A DNA stretch of 64,000 nucleotides from an uncultured Eisenbergiella sp. Its GTDB lineage: Bacteria; Bacillota; Clostridia; Lachnospirales; Lachnospiraceae. The notes below the pieces were generated by a model that had not been told where the DNA came from, searched no databases, and saw only the letters and a program-made list of their open reading frames with translations. Each line of letters begins with the position of its first letter. Positions within the stretch are counted from its first letter, which is position 1. The translations under genes were made by a program, and so were the position numbers. The stretch is from NCBI GenBank assembly GCA_904392525.1, contig CAJFMW010000009.1:4522-68521 (forward strand), read 5' to 3'. Shown in pieces: positions 19,454 through 28,712 of the stretch.

Positions 19454-21661
19454 ATGAACAAGCTGAAAAAAGAACTGAATTCCCAAAATGTTTTCATATA
19501 CATTCTCGTTTTCTTTCTGATCATCATCCTTGTCATCGCGGTCCTGGGCGGTTATCTTTTCCGTTATTACTATACTACTGTTTATTCTGATTTTGAGTCA
19601 GGGAACGAAGAACGTCTCTCCACTATCGTCAGCCGGCATGAAAATGATATTCAGATTCTGGAGGATATCGCTACACAGATTGGACTTTCTGATGACGTTA
19701 CCCGATTTCGTCTGGAAGAACAGCCTGAGAAGGCAATCCGCCTGGAAGAACAAATCAGAAGATATACTACCGTGAGCCAGTTTTTCAGTCTGCTTCTCTA
19801 CTGGTATCATGAAGATGACTACCTGTACAGTTTCTCCACTTCCATCAGCCTGCACAGCTTTCTGGAAAACGCCTGCGTTCCCGAGACCCTTTCGGCAAAA
19901 GATTTCCATTCTCTGCTGACACAGGCTAAACCACAGTTTTACATTCTTCCAGAACAGAATGTGGATGGTGCATGGATCAACGGCTATATGGCCGACCGAA
20001 AAAAGATCATCTATCTTCTGGATGTTTCTCCCAAGCTGGAGGAAACCCTGATTTTTATTGTCCCAGGCTCCTACTATGACCGTCTGCTGACGCAGCCATC
20101 AGAAAATAAGGAAGAGCATCGAACCGACTTTCTCTACTACAACGGTTCTCTGATCGTCTCCCGCGGGGATGATGCGGGCACACTTCCGGAGGAAGAACTG
20201 TGCGCCCTGCTTTCAGAGCGTTCAGATGGCTCTGAAAGAATACGTCTGGATGGCCGCCGGTATCTGCTGAGTGTCCAGACCGGAGACAGCGGAATCCTCT
20301 ACGGAAGCCTGCAGCCCATGTCCGTCTTTCATGATAAGATCATGGCTGAGCAGTGGGGAATCACCCTGATCGTACTGATCTGTGCCATTCCCGCAACCTT
20401 TGCCGTCACACTTGCCGCCGGCAGCATCATGCGCCGGATTCGCCGGATGAATCTGCTTCTGAACGAGGAAGCCCATTACGATCTGGACAGCATTGAAAAT
20501 GGAATCCAGCTTCTGGTGACCAGCTACCGGGATACGGAAAAGGAAGCCCTCTCCATGAAAAAAACCCGTTTCATCAGTGATTTTGTCCGCGGCAGCTATT
20601 CCTCCCGTCAGGAAGCCATTGCCGCCGCTCAGGAATGCGGCCTGAACATTAATTACAAACTCTACCTTGTCGCTCTGACCAAGAGCCGCGAACTCAGCAA
20701 CGAAAACAGGGCATATTCTACTATGCTGGAGGCCATCGCGGGCGAAAGCAGGACAGATGGCTTCGGCATCCACCTGATCGGCAATAACCAGAATCTGTTC
20801 CTGCTGTTTGCCGACAGGAAGGAAGAAATCGAAGGCCTTCTGGACCGCCTTCTCGCCATCGGCAAGGAATATTGCGCGGACTATATCATGGCAGTCAGCG
20901 ATTACCACCGCTCCTTTGAAGAAAGCTCCCGCGCTTACCTGGAAGCCAATACGGCCTTTGACAACCATCTGCTTCTGGACAACAGCAAAATCATCCGCTT
21001 TTCCGACGCAGCCCAGAAGGATTACGCCAGCCTGATTGAAGAAAATTACCTGAACCGTCTCAAAACCGCCATCCGGAACGGAGACCGTGAGGCGGCAGAA
21101 ACCGCCGTAAAAGACATCTGTGACAGGCTGAACGGAGAAAAGGCCTCGCTGTACGCCTTCCGCATCCTGTACAATGATCTCATGCACACGCTTCTCGCAG
21201 AGTGGAAAGGGGATAAAACGGAATTCAATGATTTTTACAACGTATTCACCCTCTCCCAGTGCCTGAACATTCAGGATTTTTATGAACTCCTCTGCGACGC
21301 ATGTCGTATGGTGATAGACAATCGGGTGGGAATCGGTATTCAGAATTCCGATATCGTACAGAAGGCCATTACCTATATGCAGGATCATTTTTCAGATCCG
21401 GGCCTGACCATGAACGCGCTGGCGGAATATCTGCAGGTGAGCGCTGTGACGCTGTCCGTGGAGTTTCGGAATGAGCTTGATATCCGCCCCTCCGATTATC
21501 TGACCACCCTGCGAATGGAGAAGGCAAAGGAGCTTCTCCGGGAAACCAATATGCTGATTGGAGACATCACTCTGGCGGTAGGCTATGAGGATGCCCACGT
21601 ATTCCGCCGCAGATTCAAGCAGTACACCGGCATGACGCCGGGACAGTACCGGGAACAGTGA
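19454..21661 (+). CDS. Membrane-spanning AraC family regulator (YtdP-like one-component sensor)
   Basis: Two TM helices flanking an extracellular domain; C-terminal AraC HTH (RMEKAKELL..VGYED..F.R.FKQYTGMTP). Confidence 0.88.
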   Translation: MNKLKKELNSQNVFIYILVFFLIIILVIAVLGGYLFRYYYTTVYSDFESGNEERLSTIVSRHENDIQILEDIATQIGLSDDVTRFRLEEQPEKAIRLEEQIRRYTTVSQFFSLLLYWYHEDDYLYSFSTSISLHSFLENACVPETLSAKDFHSLLTQAKPQFYILPEQNVDGAWINGYMADRKKIIYLLDVSPKLEETLIFIVPGSYYDRLLTQPSENKEEHRTDFLYYNGSLIVSRGDDAGTLPEEELCALLSERSDGSERIRLDGRRYLLSVQTGDSGILYGSLQPMSVFHDKIMAEQWGITLIVLICAIPATFAVTLAAGSIMRRIRRMNLLLNEEAHYDLDSIENGIQLLVTSYRDTEKEALSMKKTRFISDFVRGSYSSRQEAIAAAQECGLNINYKLYLVALTKSRELSNENRAYSTMLEAIAGESRTDGFGIHLIGNNQNLFLLFADRKEEIEGLLDRLLAIGKEYCADYIMAVSDYHRSFEESSRAYLEANTAFDNHLLLDNSKIIRFSDAAQKDYASLIEENYLNRLKTAIRNGDREAAETAVKDICDRLNGEKASLYAFRILYNDLMHTLLAEWKGDKTEFNDFYNVFTLSQCLNIQDFYELLCDACRMVIDNRVGIGIQNSDIVQKAITYMQDHFSDPGLTMNALAEYLQVSAVTLSVEFRNELDIRPSDYLTTLRMEKAKELLRETNMLIGDITLAVGYEDAHVFRRRFKQYTGMTPGQYREQ

Positions 21662-21731
21662 TGTCGGGCCGATACCGGGAACCTTGACGCCGCCGGACTG
21701 CCTTCCGAAAAAAAGGAAAGGAGCTTTTCTC

Positions 21732-23075
21732 ATGAAAAAAATTTCCAGCCGTGAAAAACTGACCTATACGGGAAGCCTGCTGGGACAGAATATGATCTAC
21801 AGCTTTGTAACCATGTACATCATGTTCTTTTTCACCGACCTGCTGCGCATCCCGCCCGAAAGTGTGACCGTCATAATGGTGGCGGCCAGCCTGTGGGATG
21901 CCGTCAACGATATTCTGATGGGAATGATTGCAGACCGGACCCGAACCCGTATTGGGAAATTCCGCCCCTATCTTCTGGCAGGTCCCATCTTCATCACTCT
22001 GTCCACCATTTTCTGCTTTATGAGCTTCGGCGGTTCTCTGGCAGGAACCATTGCCGTCGCCGCCATCTGCTACGTGCTCTGGGACATCACTTATACGATC
22101 TATGACGTCCCCATCTGGGCCATTTCTTCTGTTTCCTCTCCGAATCCGGATGAAAAAAACAGCATGGTCACTCTCGGAAAAATCGGCGGTACCATCGGCA
22201 CCGTGATCATTTCCGTGGGAAGCGTATCTCTGATAAACGTCTTTGGCGGAGAGCGAAGTGCCACGGCCTATACTGCAGCCGCTGTTGTGGTAGCTGTCAT
22301 CGGGGCGGCTCTGATGATCCTGAGCGGCTTCGTTCTGAAGGAGCGGATTGAGCCTCCCCCGAAGGACATCCCGTTTTCCCGCAACATCCACACCATCCTC
22401 GATAATGGAGCATTGATCGCCCTCCTGGTTTCACTTCTGATCATCGACATGGTGAACAACCTCCGGCAAGTCTCCCAGATGTATTTTGCCGTTTATGTGT
22501 GGGGAGATTCCGGCTATGTCACCTATATCGGTGTAAGTCTGGTGCTGGGTATGGTCACCGGAATGGCGGTTTCTCCCATGCTGATCCGGCATTTTGACAA
22601 GAAAAAAATCTTCATTATCGCCTGCATTGCCGGAGGTATTTTCAGCTTCCTGCCCTTTCTCATGAACGCCGGCCCCGTTATCGGCCTGATCCTTCTGGGC
22701 GTCAGCTTTGCCTTTACGGGAATGACCACCATCAGCAGTACCTCCATGTTAATGGACGCCATCGATTATTCGGAATACCGGCTCGGTTTCCGTGGAGAGG
22801 GCATCGTTTTCTCCATGAACACGTTTTTGAACAAGCTGAGCTCCACCATTTCCAAAGGGCTTCTCGGCTTTGCCATGACCGCCATGCATTATGAGGAAAA
22901 TATGGACCCCACCCCCGCCGTAATCACCGGCTTCGGGGCTATGGTCTATGTGGTTCCTGCCCTCTGCTTCCTCCTGGCAATCCTGCCCCTGCTTCTGTAT
23001 CGTTTAAAGCCCGCTCAGATCGAAGAGATCCAAAAGGAGCTTGCAGACCGCCGTCAGGCGGAGAAAGGAAACTGA
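21732..23075 (+). CDS. Glycoside-pentoside-hexuronide (MelB-like) cation symporter
   Basis: WDAVNDILMGMIADRTRTRIGKFRPY; DAIDYSEYRLGFRGEG. Confidence 0.92.
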   Translation: MKKISSREKLTYTGSLLGQNMIYSFVTMYIMFFFTDLLRIPPESVTVIMVAASLWDAVNDILMGMIADRTRTRIGKFRPYLLAGPIFITLSTIFCFMSFGGSLAGTIAVAAICYVLWDITYTIYDVPIWAISSVSSPNPDEKNSMVTLGKIGGTIGTVIISVGSVSLINVFGGERSATAYTAAAVVVAVIGAALMILSGFVLKERIEPPPKDIPFSRNIHTILDNGALIALLVSLLIIDMVNNLRQVSQMYFAVYVWGDSGYVTYIGVSLVLGMVTGMAVSPMLIRHFDKKKIFIIACIAGGIFSFLPFLMNAGPVIGLILLGVSFAFTGMTTISSTSMLMDAIDYSEYRLGFRGEGIVFSMNTFLNKLSSTISKGLLGFAMTAMHYEENMDPTPAVITGFGAMVYVVPALCFLLAILPLLLYRLKPAQIEEIQKELADRRQAEKGN

Positions 23076-23076
23076 T

Positions 23077-23823
23077 ATGGATATATCCTCTTATTTTATG
23101 CCTCCGGAGATCAGAAATGCAAAAAAGGCCCTGTGCATTCAGCCTCATCCCGACGATATCGAAATCGGAATGGGCGGCACCGTGGCCTCTCTGACCTCGA
23201 AAGGCTGCTCCATCACTTATCTTACAGTTACCAACGGAGATCTGGGAGATTCCACCGGTACGCTGGACTTTTCGGAAATCGCCGCCCTACGCCGGAAGGA
23301 AACCATGGCCGCCGGAAAGGTCCTTGGGGTTTCTGACTTTCTTTTCTATGATCTGCCGGACGGCTCTCTTTCCGACATCCCTTCCCTCGCCGGAAGGATT
23401 GCGGAGACCATCCGAACCCTGCAGCCGGACGTAATCTTCTGTCCGGATCCCTGGGCACAGTATGAGGCCCACAACGATCACATCGTCACCGGCCGGGCGG
23501 CGGCCCAGGCTTTTATTTCCTCCAGCCTGTCCCGCTATCCCCGTGGCACGCGGACCGCGCCCTGGCAGGCGGGCGCCATTGCCTTCTACTTTACTCAGAA
23601 ACCCAATACTGTGATCGATGTGACCGATACCTTTGAGACCAGATTTGCCGCCATGGCAGAGCATCGCACGCAGTTAAGCGAAGAGCTTCTGGGCCTGTAC
23701 CGGATCTATTTCTCCATGCAGGGGCAGAAGCTGGCGGAGGGAAAGGATTTTGCTCTGGGGGAGGGCTTTAAGGTGCTGGGGCCTCTGCACATGCACTGTT
23801 TTACGGAAGCACCGGAAATCTGA
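23077..23823 (+). CDS. PIG-L/LmbE family N-acetyl-sugar deacetylase
   Basis: PHPDD, RRKE, PDPW..YEAHNDH zinc motifs. Confidence 0.88.
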   Translation: MDISSYFMPPEIRNAKKALCIQPHPDDIEIGMGGTVASLTSKGCSITYLTVTNGDLGDSTGTLDFSEIAALRRKETMAAGKVLGVSDFLFYDLPDGSLSDIPSLAGRIAETIRTLQPDVIFCPDPWAQYEAHNDHIVTGRAAAQAFISSSLSRYPRGTRTAPWQAGAIAFYFTQKPNTVIDVTDTFETRFAAMAEHRTQLSEELLGLYRIYFSMQGQKLAEGKDFALGEGFKVLGPLHMHCFTEAPEI

Positions 23824-23827
23824 ACAT

Positions 23828-24262
23828 TTACAGATATGTCTTCATCTTCTGACACAACTTCTCCTCAATGGAAATCAGCCGTCCGCAGAGTTCCCTCGAC
23901 GCATGGTCCGCTCCCCTGAACTGGTTCAGATACCGGTTCAGGGATTTTGTTCCCATATTGCAGCCGTCCGTGATCAGATCGGCCACCGTGGCGTCGCTGT
24001 CATCCATGCTCATTTTCATATTTGTTTTGATCCATGACATGCCCTTTGCCATGGCCGCAGGCTCCTTTTCCTGAGCGCCGTAATTGCACAGCAGGGAATG
24101 GATTTCATTTTCCAGTTTCTCATGATGCTCCCTGCTTTCCTGAAGAAGCTGCTTCAGGCCGGGTCCGGAGACCTTTTCCAATACCTCGTCGATGGACGTC
24201 ACGGCCATCTTTGCCCCGGCGTCACATTCCCGGAGCAGCTTTATGGTATCCGATTCATTCAT
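23828..24262 (-). CDS. Conserved clostridial helical (ferritin-like) hypothetical protein
   Basis: DTIKLLRECDAG.KM...ADLITDGCNMG; GGAGG RBS. Confidence 0.65.
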   Translation of the reverse strand: MNESDTIKLLRECDAGAKMAVTSIDEVLEKVSGPGLKQLLQESREHHEKLENEIHSLLCNYGAQEKEPAAMAKGMSWIKTNMKMSMDDSDATVADLITDGCNMGTKSLNRYLNQFRGADHASRELCGRLISIEEKLCQKMKTYL

Positions 24263-24367
24263 TATAAGCCACCTCCATCCTGCCGCCTGCGGCGGCATTC
24301 TCTTTTTGTCTATTATCCCGAAGATGGCTGAAAAATATACGGTCGGGCCTAAAACGGACATTCGCGT

Positions 24368-27300
24368 TCAGATCAGCCCGCACAGATACGCATAGGCGTT
24401 CATGATGGTGAGCTGTTGTTTTCCCGCAATGAAATAGAAGTCCAGCATCTGCTCTCCCTCCGCGCACAGGCAGGCGCCGTAGAGGGGAATGTCACAGCTG
24501 ATAACCGGTTTCCTGGAAGCGATGAGCATGCCGTAGCCGTTTTCCGATAAAAGCAGAGGAAGCTCTGCACCGCCATGGGAAATGTATCTGGCGGAGGCGT
24601 TCAGGGAAATACCCTTTTCTCCCTGCATGCCAGGCGCATAAAGCTTTTCGCCCTTCACCCGGTCCAGATACAGCCAGGCGCGCGGCTGCGCGCCGCCGTC
24701 CTCGATCAGTCTGCAGTCCCTGCTCCGCTCCGCAAGCAGCGGCTTTTTTTCTCCGGACAGATACCGGACCGCCCCGGAGGCCTTATCCACCTGCAGGCAC
24801 AGCTCCGTTCCGGAAAATTCAACTGTTGTCCTCATATCCCTCAGCTTCCAGTTTTTTTCCATCCGGTTCACGGCGATGCCGGAACAGACGCCTTTCGGCA
24901 TCTGCGAGCCCTTCACGAATGTCACCCGCACGATGGCGCTTCCCACCGGACAGAGGCGGAGAATGCCATATCGGCTCTGCAGATACAGACCATCCGGGTT
25001 CATGGCGCTCCAGCGCACTGCCAGGTCTGTCCGGGGCCGTCCCGCTGGATGAAGATGATCCGCGGAGGGCATATCTCCGAAAGCAGGGAAGCCGCTGGCC
25101 GAACGGCTGTCCGCCGGATCGCTTCCGAATGGCCTGCTTCCGTCTGACCGGTTTCCGTAATACCCTCCTCCGGCCGATTGTCCGGTTCTTTCTGCCCGCA
25201 CTCCCCGTTTCTCCGCCTCCGCATAGGACTCATAAGGCTTTCTCACAGTGACGTTTGAAGTGGACGCCAAAGGCCGAAGGGAAGCGGACGATTTTGTCCG
25301 CAAAGCGGCGGACGGTCTTTCCTGCCGTACCGGGGATGGCTGTTTCCGATCCGGAACAGGATTTTGTGGAATATCATTTCGCGAAATATTATTTCGCACG
25401 ATGGAAATCCGCTTTTTCTCCTGACCACCTGGCCTGCCGTCCGTTCTGCCTGCGGCTGCGGGCTTTTCTTTCGGCAGGGCCGTCGTTTTTTCCATCTGGG
25501 AAACCACACCTTTTTTCTTCTGCGGAACCGGGTCCGCAATGAGTCCGGTCAGATCACCCTCATGCAGCACGCAGAGCTCATGCAGGGCGCGGGTAGCCGC
25601 CACGTAAAGGAGCTTTGCATTTCCATCGTCGGAAGGGTACGTCTCTCTGGTGGGGTCCAGAATCAACACCGCGTCAAATTCCAGTCCTTTGGTAAATTCC
25701 ACAGGAAGCACCATGACGCCGCTTCCGAAAACGGCCTTTTCCAGATCGCTCTCCGCCAGGGGAATCAGGCTTTTCAGCTCTTCTGCCGTCTCTGCCGCTT
25801 CCCTGCGGTTTCTGCAGATCACGGCAATGGTGTCGAGCCCCTTTTTCTGCCATCCCCGACAGACTTCGGCACATTTTTCAATCAGGCGGCTCCTGTTTTC
25901 CGCCTTCCTCACCTGTACCGGATCCCCGTGGCGGATGATGGGTTCTGCGGAATAAGGGGTAAAGCTCCCATGCTCCAGGATGCGGGCGGCAAATTCCGAG
26001 ATTTCTACCGTGTTCCGGTAGCTTTTTTTCAGAATGCCAAAGGTATCCCGTTCGCCGGAAAGCACCAGGCTCTTCAGCTCCTCCCAGTCATTCAGGCCGT
26101 AGCCGAAGTGGATGTTCTGAGATACGTCTCCCATGATGGTATAGGTGCATTCCCGGATACACGAATGAAGCACCTGATAAACCATCATTCCAAAGTCCTG
26201 TGCCTCGTCGATAACCACGTGATGGGCCTCGCTGATTACCTCCGTCTCCTTGATCCGTCTGTACAGATAGGCCAGCGCTGCCAGGTCGTAAACGTCAAAT
26301 TCCCGGTCCGGGATCTCCACTCTCGCTCCTTTTTTTCTCTGCCGCTCCAGAAATTCCCGGTACAGATCATAAATGGAACGCTTCCACACTTTTTTCCCGT
26401 ATCTTCCCCGGTAAGCCTTCAGAATCGCTTTTCTTTCCTTTTCCGTATATTTGACGCCCTTGCCCAGAAACTCCTCTCTGATCTTATTTTCCAGGCGTTC
26501 GTTGAGCATATTGATCTTGCTCTGCACGGAAATCGAAGGATTCTGCCGGATATAGCGCTCCACCGCATCCCGGTTCATCAGCTCCACAGCCTCCCCCGGC
26601 GCGGGCGGCTTTCCTCCCGTCTCATCGAATACGCCCGTTTTTCCGTCCTTAAAGCCTTCCACAAACTGCCTGGGATTCAGATAGATGCTTCCTCTGGGAA
26701 TGGTCTCCCACTCCAGCCTGCGGCAGTACTCATCCAGCGCTGCAAACCACTCGTTCGTCCCACGTTCCCAGCCGTCCCTGTCCGCCTGGTCCGCAGGACG
26801 GATCCGGTACTTTTCTTCATCCCAGTCCTCATACAGAAGCCGGACAAAAAGCTGCTCCATGGTCATCTGCTTCACGCCGTACACATCCAGATCCGGGAGC
26901 ACGCCAGTGATGTATTCCAGCAGAATCCGGTTGCTTCCCACGATGTAGAAATCCTCCGGCCTAAACCGTTCCTGATAGTTATAGAGGATATAGGAGATCC
27001 GATGCATGGCCACCGTGGTTTTTCCCGATCCGGCAACGCCCTGCACGATCATGTTGTGGTACGGAGAACGGCGGATGATGTCATTCTGCTCCTTCTGAAT
27101 GGTGGCTATGATCTCACCCAGCACCGCCTGTTTGTTTTTGGCAAGGTACTTCGTCAGCAGATCGTCGTTGGTCACCACCTCAGAATCATAAAAATCCAGG
27201 AGCTTTCCTTCCTCGATCTCATAGGTCCGCTTTCCCTTCAGGTCAATTTTCACCCGTCCGCCGCCGGGCACCGGATAGCTGCATTTTCCCAGACCGTTCT

Positions 27301-27709
27301 CATAATAGGCGTTGGCGACGGGCGCTCTCCAGTCCACCACAACCCAATGGGTAGTATCCTTTGAAATGCCTCCCTTTCCGATATAGAGCGTTTCCTGCTT
27401 TTTCAGCGCATAATCCTGAAAAATAATTCTGCCGAAATAGGGCTTTTTCAGCGCCCGCTCGTTTCTCTCCAGCGCCCGCTTCATGTGATCGTGGAGTGTG
27501 ATGGTATTGTTCAGAATGGTGAGCACTTCCACATCGTTGTCATGAAAATGCTCCAGCATCTCGTCGATGTCTCCCTTCATTCGGAACACTTCCGCTCCGT
27601 AGGTTTCCACGTTTGCCCGAACCACTTCAAGCGTTTCCTTCAAGTGTGCTTCTTCCCTCCGGCGCTCCGGACTGCGCTCAGGATTCTTCTGTTTCATTTC
27701 AGAACCCAT
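24368..27709 (-). CDS. HelD-like superfamily-1 helicase/ATPase fused to a C-terminal GH31 N-terminal-like beta-sandwich
   Basis: KPYFGRI, DWRAPVA, IIATIQKEQ, GVAGSGKT, IDEAQD, KSYRNT, KGLEFD, LYVAATRA; then a low-complexity linker and IVRVTF...LPLLLSENGYG...LDFYFIAG. Confidence 0.85.
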   Translation of the reverse strand: MGSEMKQKNPERSPERRREEAHLKETLEVVRANVETYGAEVFRMKGDIDEMLEHFHDNDVEVLTILNNTITLHDHMKRALERNERALKKPYFGRIIFQDYALKKQETLYIGKGGISKDTTHWVVVDWRAPVANAYYENGLGKCSYPVPGGGRVKIDLKGKRTYEIEEGKLLDFYDSEVVTNDDLLTKYLAKNKQAVLGEIIATIQKEQNDIIRRSPYHNMIVQGVAGSGKTTVAMHRISYILYNYQERFRPEDFYIVGSNRILLEYITGVLPDLDVYGVKQMTMEQLFVRLLYEDWDEEKYRIRPADQADRDGWERGTNEWFAALDEYCRRLEWETIPRGSIYLNPRQFVEGFKDGKTGVFDETGGKPPAPGEAVELMNRDAVERYIRQNPSISVQSKINMLNERLENKIREEFLGKGVKYTEKERKAILKAYRGRYGKKVWKRSIYDLYREFLERQRKKGARVEIPDREFDVYDLAALAYLYRRIKETEVISEAHHVVIDEAQDFGMMVYQVLHSCIRECTYTIMGDVSQNIHFGYGLNDWEELKSLVLSGERDTFGILKKSYRNTVEISEFAARILEHGSFTPYSAEPIIRHGDPVQVRKAENRSRLIEKCAEVCRGWQKKGLDTIAVICRNRREAAETAEELKSLIPLAESDLEKAVFGSGVMVLPVEFTKGLEFDAVLILDPTRETYPSDDGNAKLLYVAATRALHELCVLHEGDLTGLIADPVPQKKKGVVSQMEKTTALPKEKPAAAGRTDGRPGGQEKKRISIVRNNISRNDIPQNPVPDRKQPSPVRQERPSAALRTKSSASLRPLASTSNVTVRKPYESYAEAEKRGVRAERTGQSAGGGYYGNRSDGSRPFGSDPADSRSASGFPAFGDMPSADHLHPAGRPRTDLAVRWSAMNPDGLYLQSRYGILRLCPVGSAIVRVTFVKGSQMPKGVCSGIAVNRMEKNWKLRDMRTTVEFSGTELCLQVDKASGAVRYLSGEKKPLLAERSRDCRLIEDGGAQPRAWLYLDRVKGEKLYAPGMQGEKGISLNASARYISHGGAELPLLLSENGYGMLIASRKPVISCDIPLYGACLCAEGEQMLDFYFIAGKQQLTIMNAYAYLCGLI

Positions 27710-27860
27710 ATTTACCTCCGTTCCCAAATCTGCCGCTCCATGCGGTGCTGACCAGGCAGCATTCTCTTTCAGTTCACTCTATATCCATTGTAGCCGGGGA
27801 GCAAAAAATTACTAGACTTTTCTTTTCGGCTGTGTTAGAATACATCATAAATTGTGAGTA

Positions 27861-27896
27861 AAAACAGGACTGCAGAGTGTATCGGCAGTCCTGTTT
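27861..27896. terminator. Intrinsic terminator-like hairpin downstream of the lipoprotein gene
   Basis: AAACAGGACTGC...GCAGTCCTGTTT inverted repeat. Confidence 0.65.
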
Positions 27897-27959
27897 CGTT
27901 TTATAAAATATTTTTATGTATTTTTTCGTTTTTCAGGCAATATCAGGCTTATCCGCATC

Positions 27960-28595
27960 TCAATATGCGATCATATCCTGATCCAGCTGAGAAATCGCAT
28001 CGCTGCTGAGTCCGTAATAACCCGCGTCATCCTTTTCCACCTTCACGATAATGGATTTCTGATCCTGCCAGCCAAGCTCCGGCATGTTCCCGTTGATCAC
28101 ATCCACCACAATCCGGGCAAGCGCGTCATTAATCGACAAATCATCCGGATAGTCCGCAGGATCCGCCGCCGCAACGAATTCATCCACCGCCGCGCTGATA
28201 TCCTCCTCGCTGTTTACAATCACATCGATGGGACTGATCAGCACTTCCACATTATAGTCGTCTCCGTTCTTTACCGCTTCCTGAACCTCAAACTTCGACT
28301 GCTGGTAAATCGTTTTGTACATATCAACGATCTGCTGGTACACGTCATCGGAGACTTCGCCGATTCCATAATACTGCAGGAAGAAATCCGCTTCCACTTC
28401 AATCCCCTGCTCGTATTCCTCTGCCGCTTCCTCTTCCGTGATATCCACCATTTTTGTGTATTCTGCGGAATCCCCCAGATAGATGTTGTTCAGCACACCC
28501 CGCACATAACCGGAAGCATCAAAACCCCCGCCGCATCCGGCCAGCAGAAGAACTGCAGCCAACACACAGATAATCGCCACCCTCTTTTTCTTCAT
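27960..28595 (-). CDS. Acidic lipoprotein of unknown function
   Basis: MKKKR + hydrophobic stretch + LAGC lipobox. Confidence 0.8.
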   Translation of the reverse strand: MKKKRVAIICVLAAVLLLAGCGGGFDASGYVRGVLNNIYLGDSAEYTKMVDITEEEAAEEYEQGIEVEADFFLQYYGIGEVSDDVYQQIVDMYKTIYQQSKFEVQEAVKNGDDYNVEVLISPIDVIVNSEEDISAAVDEFVAAADPADYPDDLSINDALARIVVDVINGNMPELGWQDQKSIIVKVEKDDAGYYGLSSDAISQLDQDMIAY

Positions 28596-28712
28596 GCCTT
28601 CCTCTCCTTTCGCCGCACCAGTGCGGCATTCAACCCCGATTGTGAACTTTCTGCGTCCTCTTCAGGATACAGCAGGATGGCGTTCTCTGTCAATTACATT
28701 CACTGCATCCGG

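Noticed and set aside
25364-27364. 666-aa plus-strand ORF (likewise 10652-12340, 36792-38096, 50665-52152, 35309-36535, 49293-50522)
   Set aside because: Antisense shadows of well-supported genes on the opposite strand
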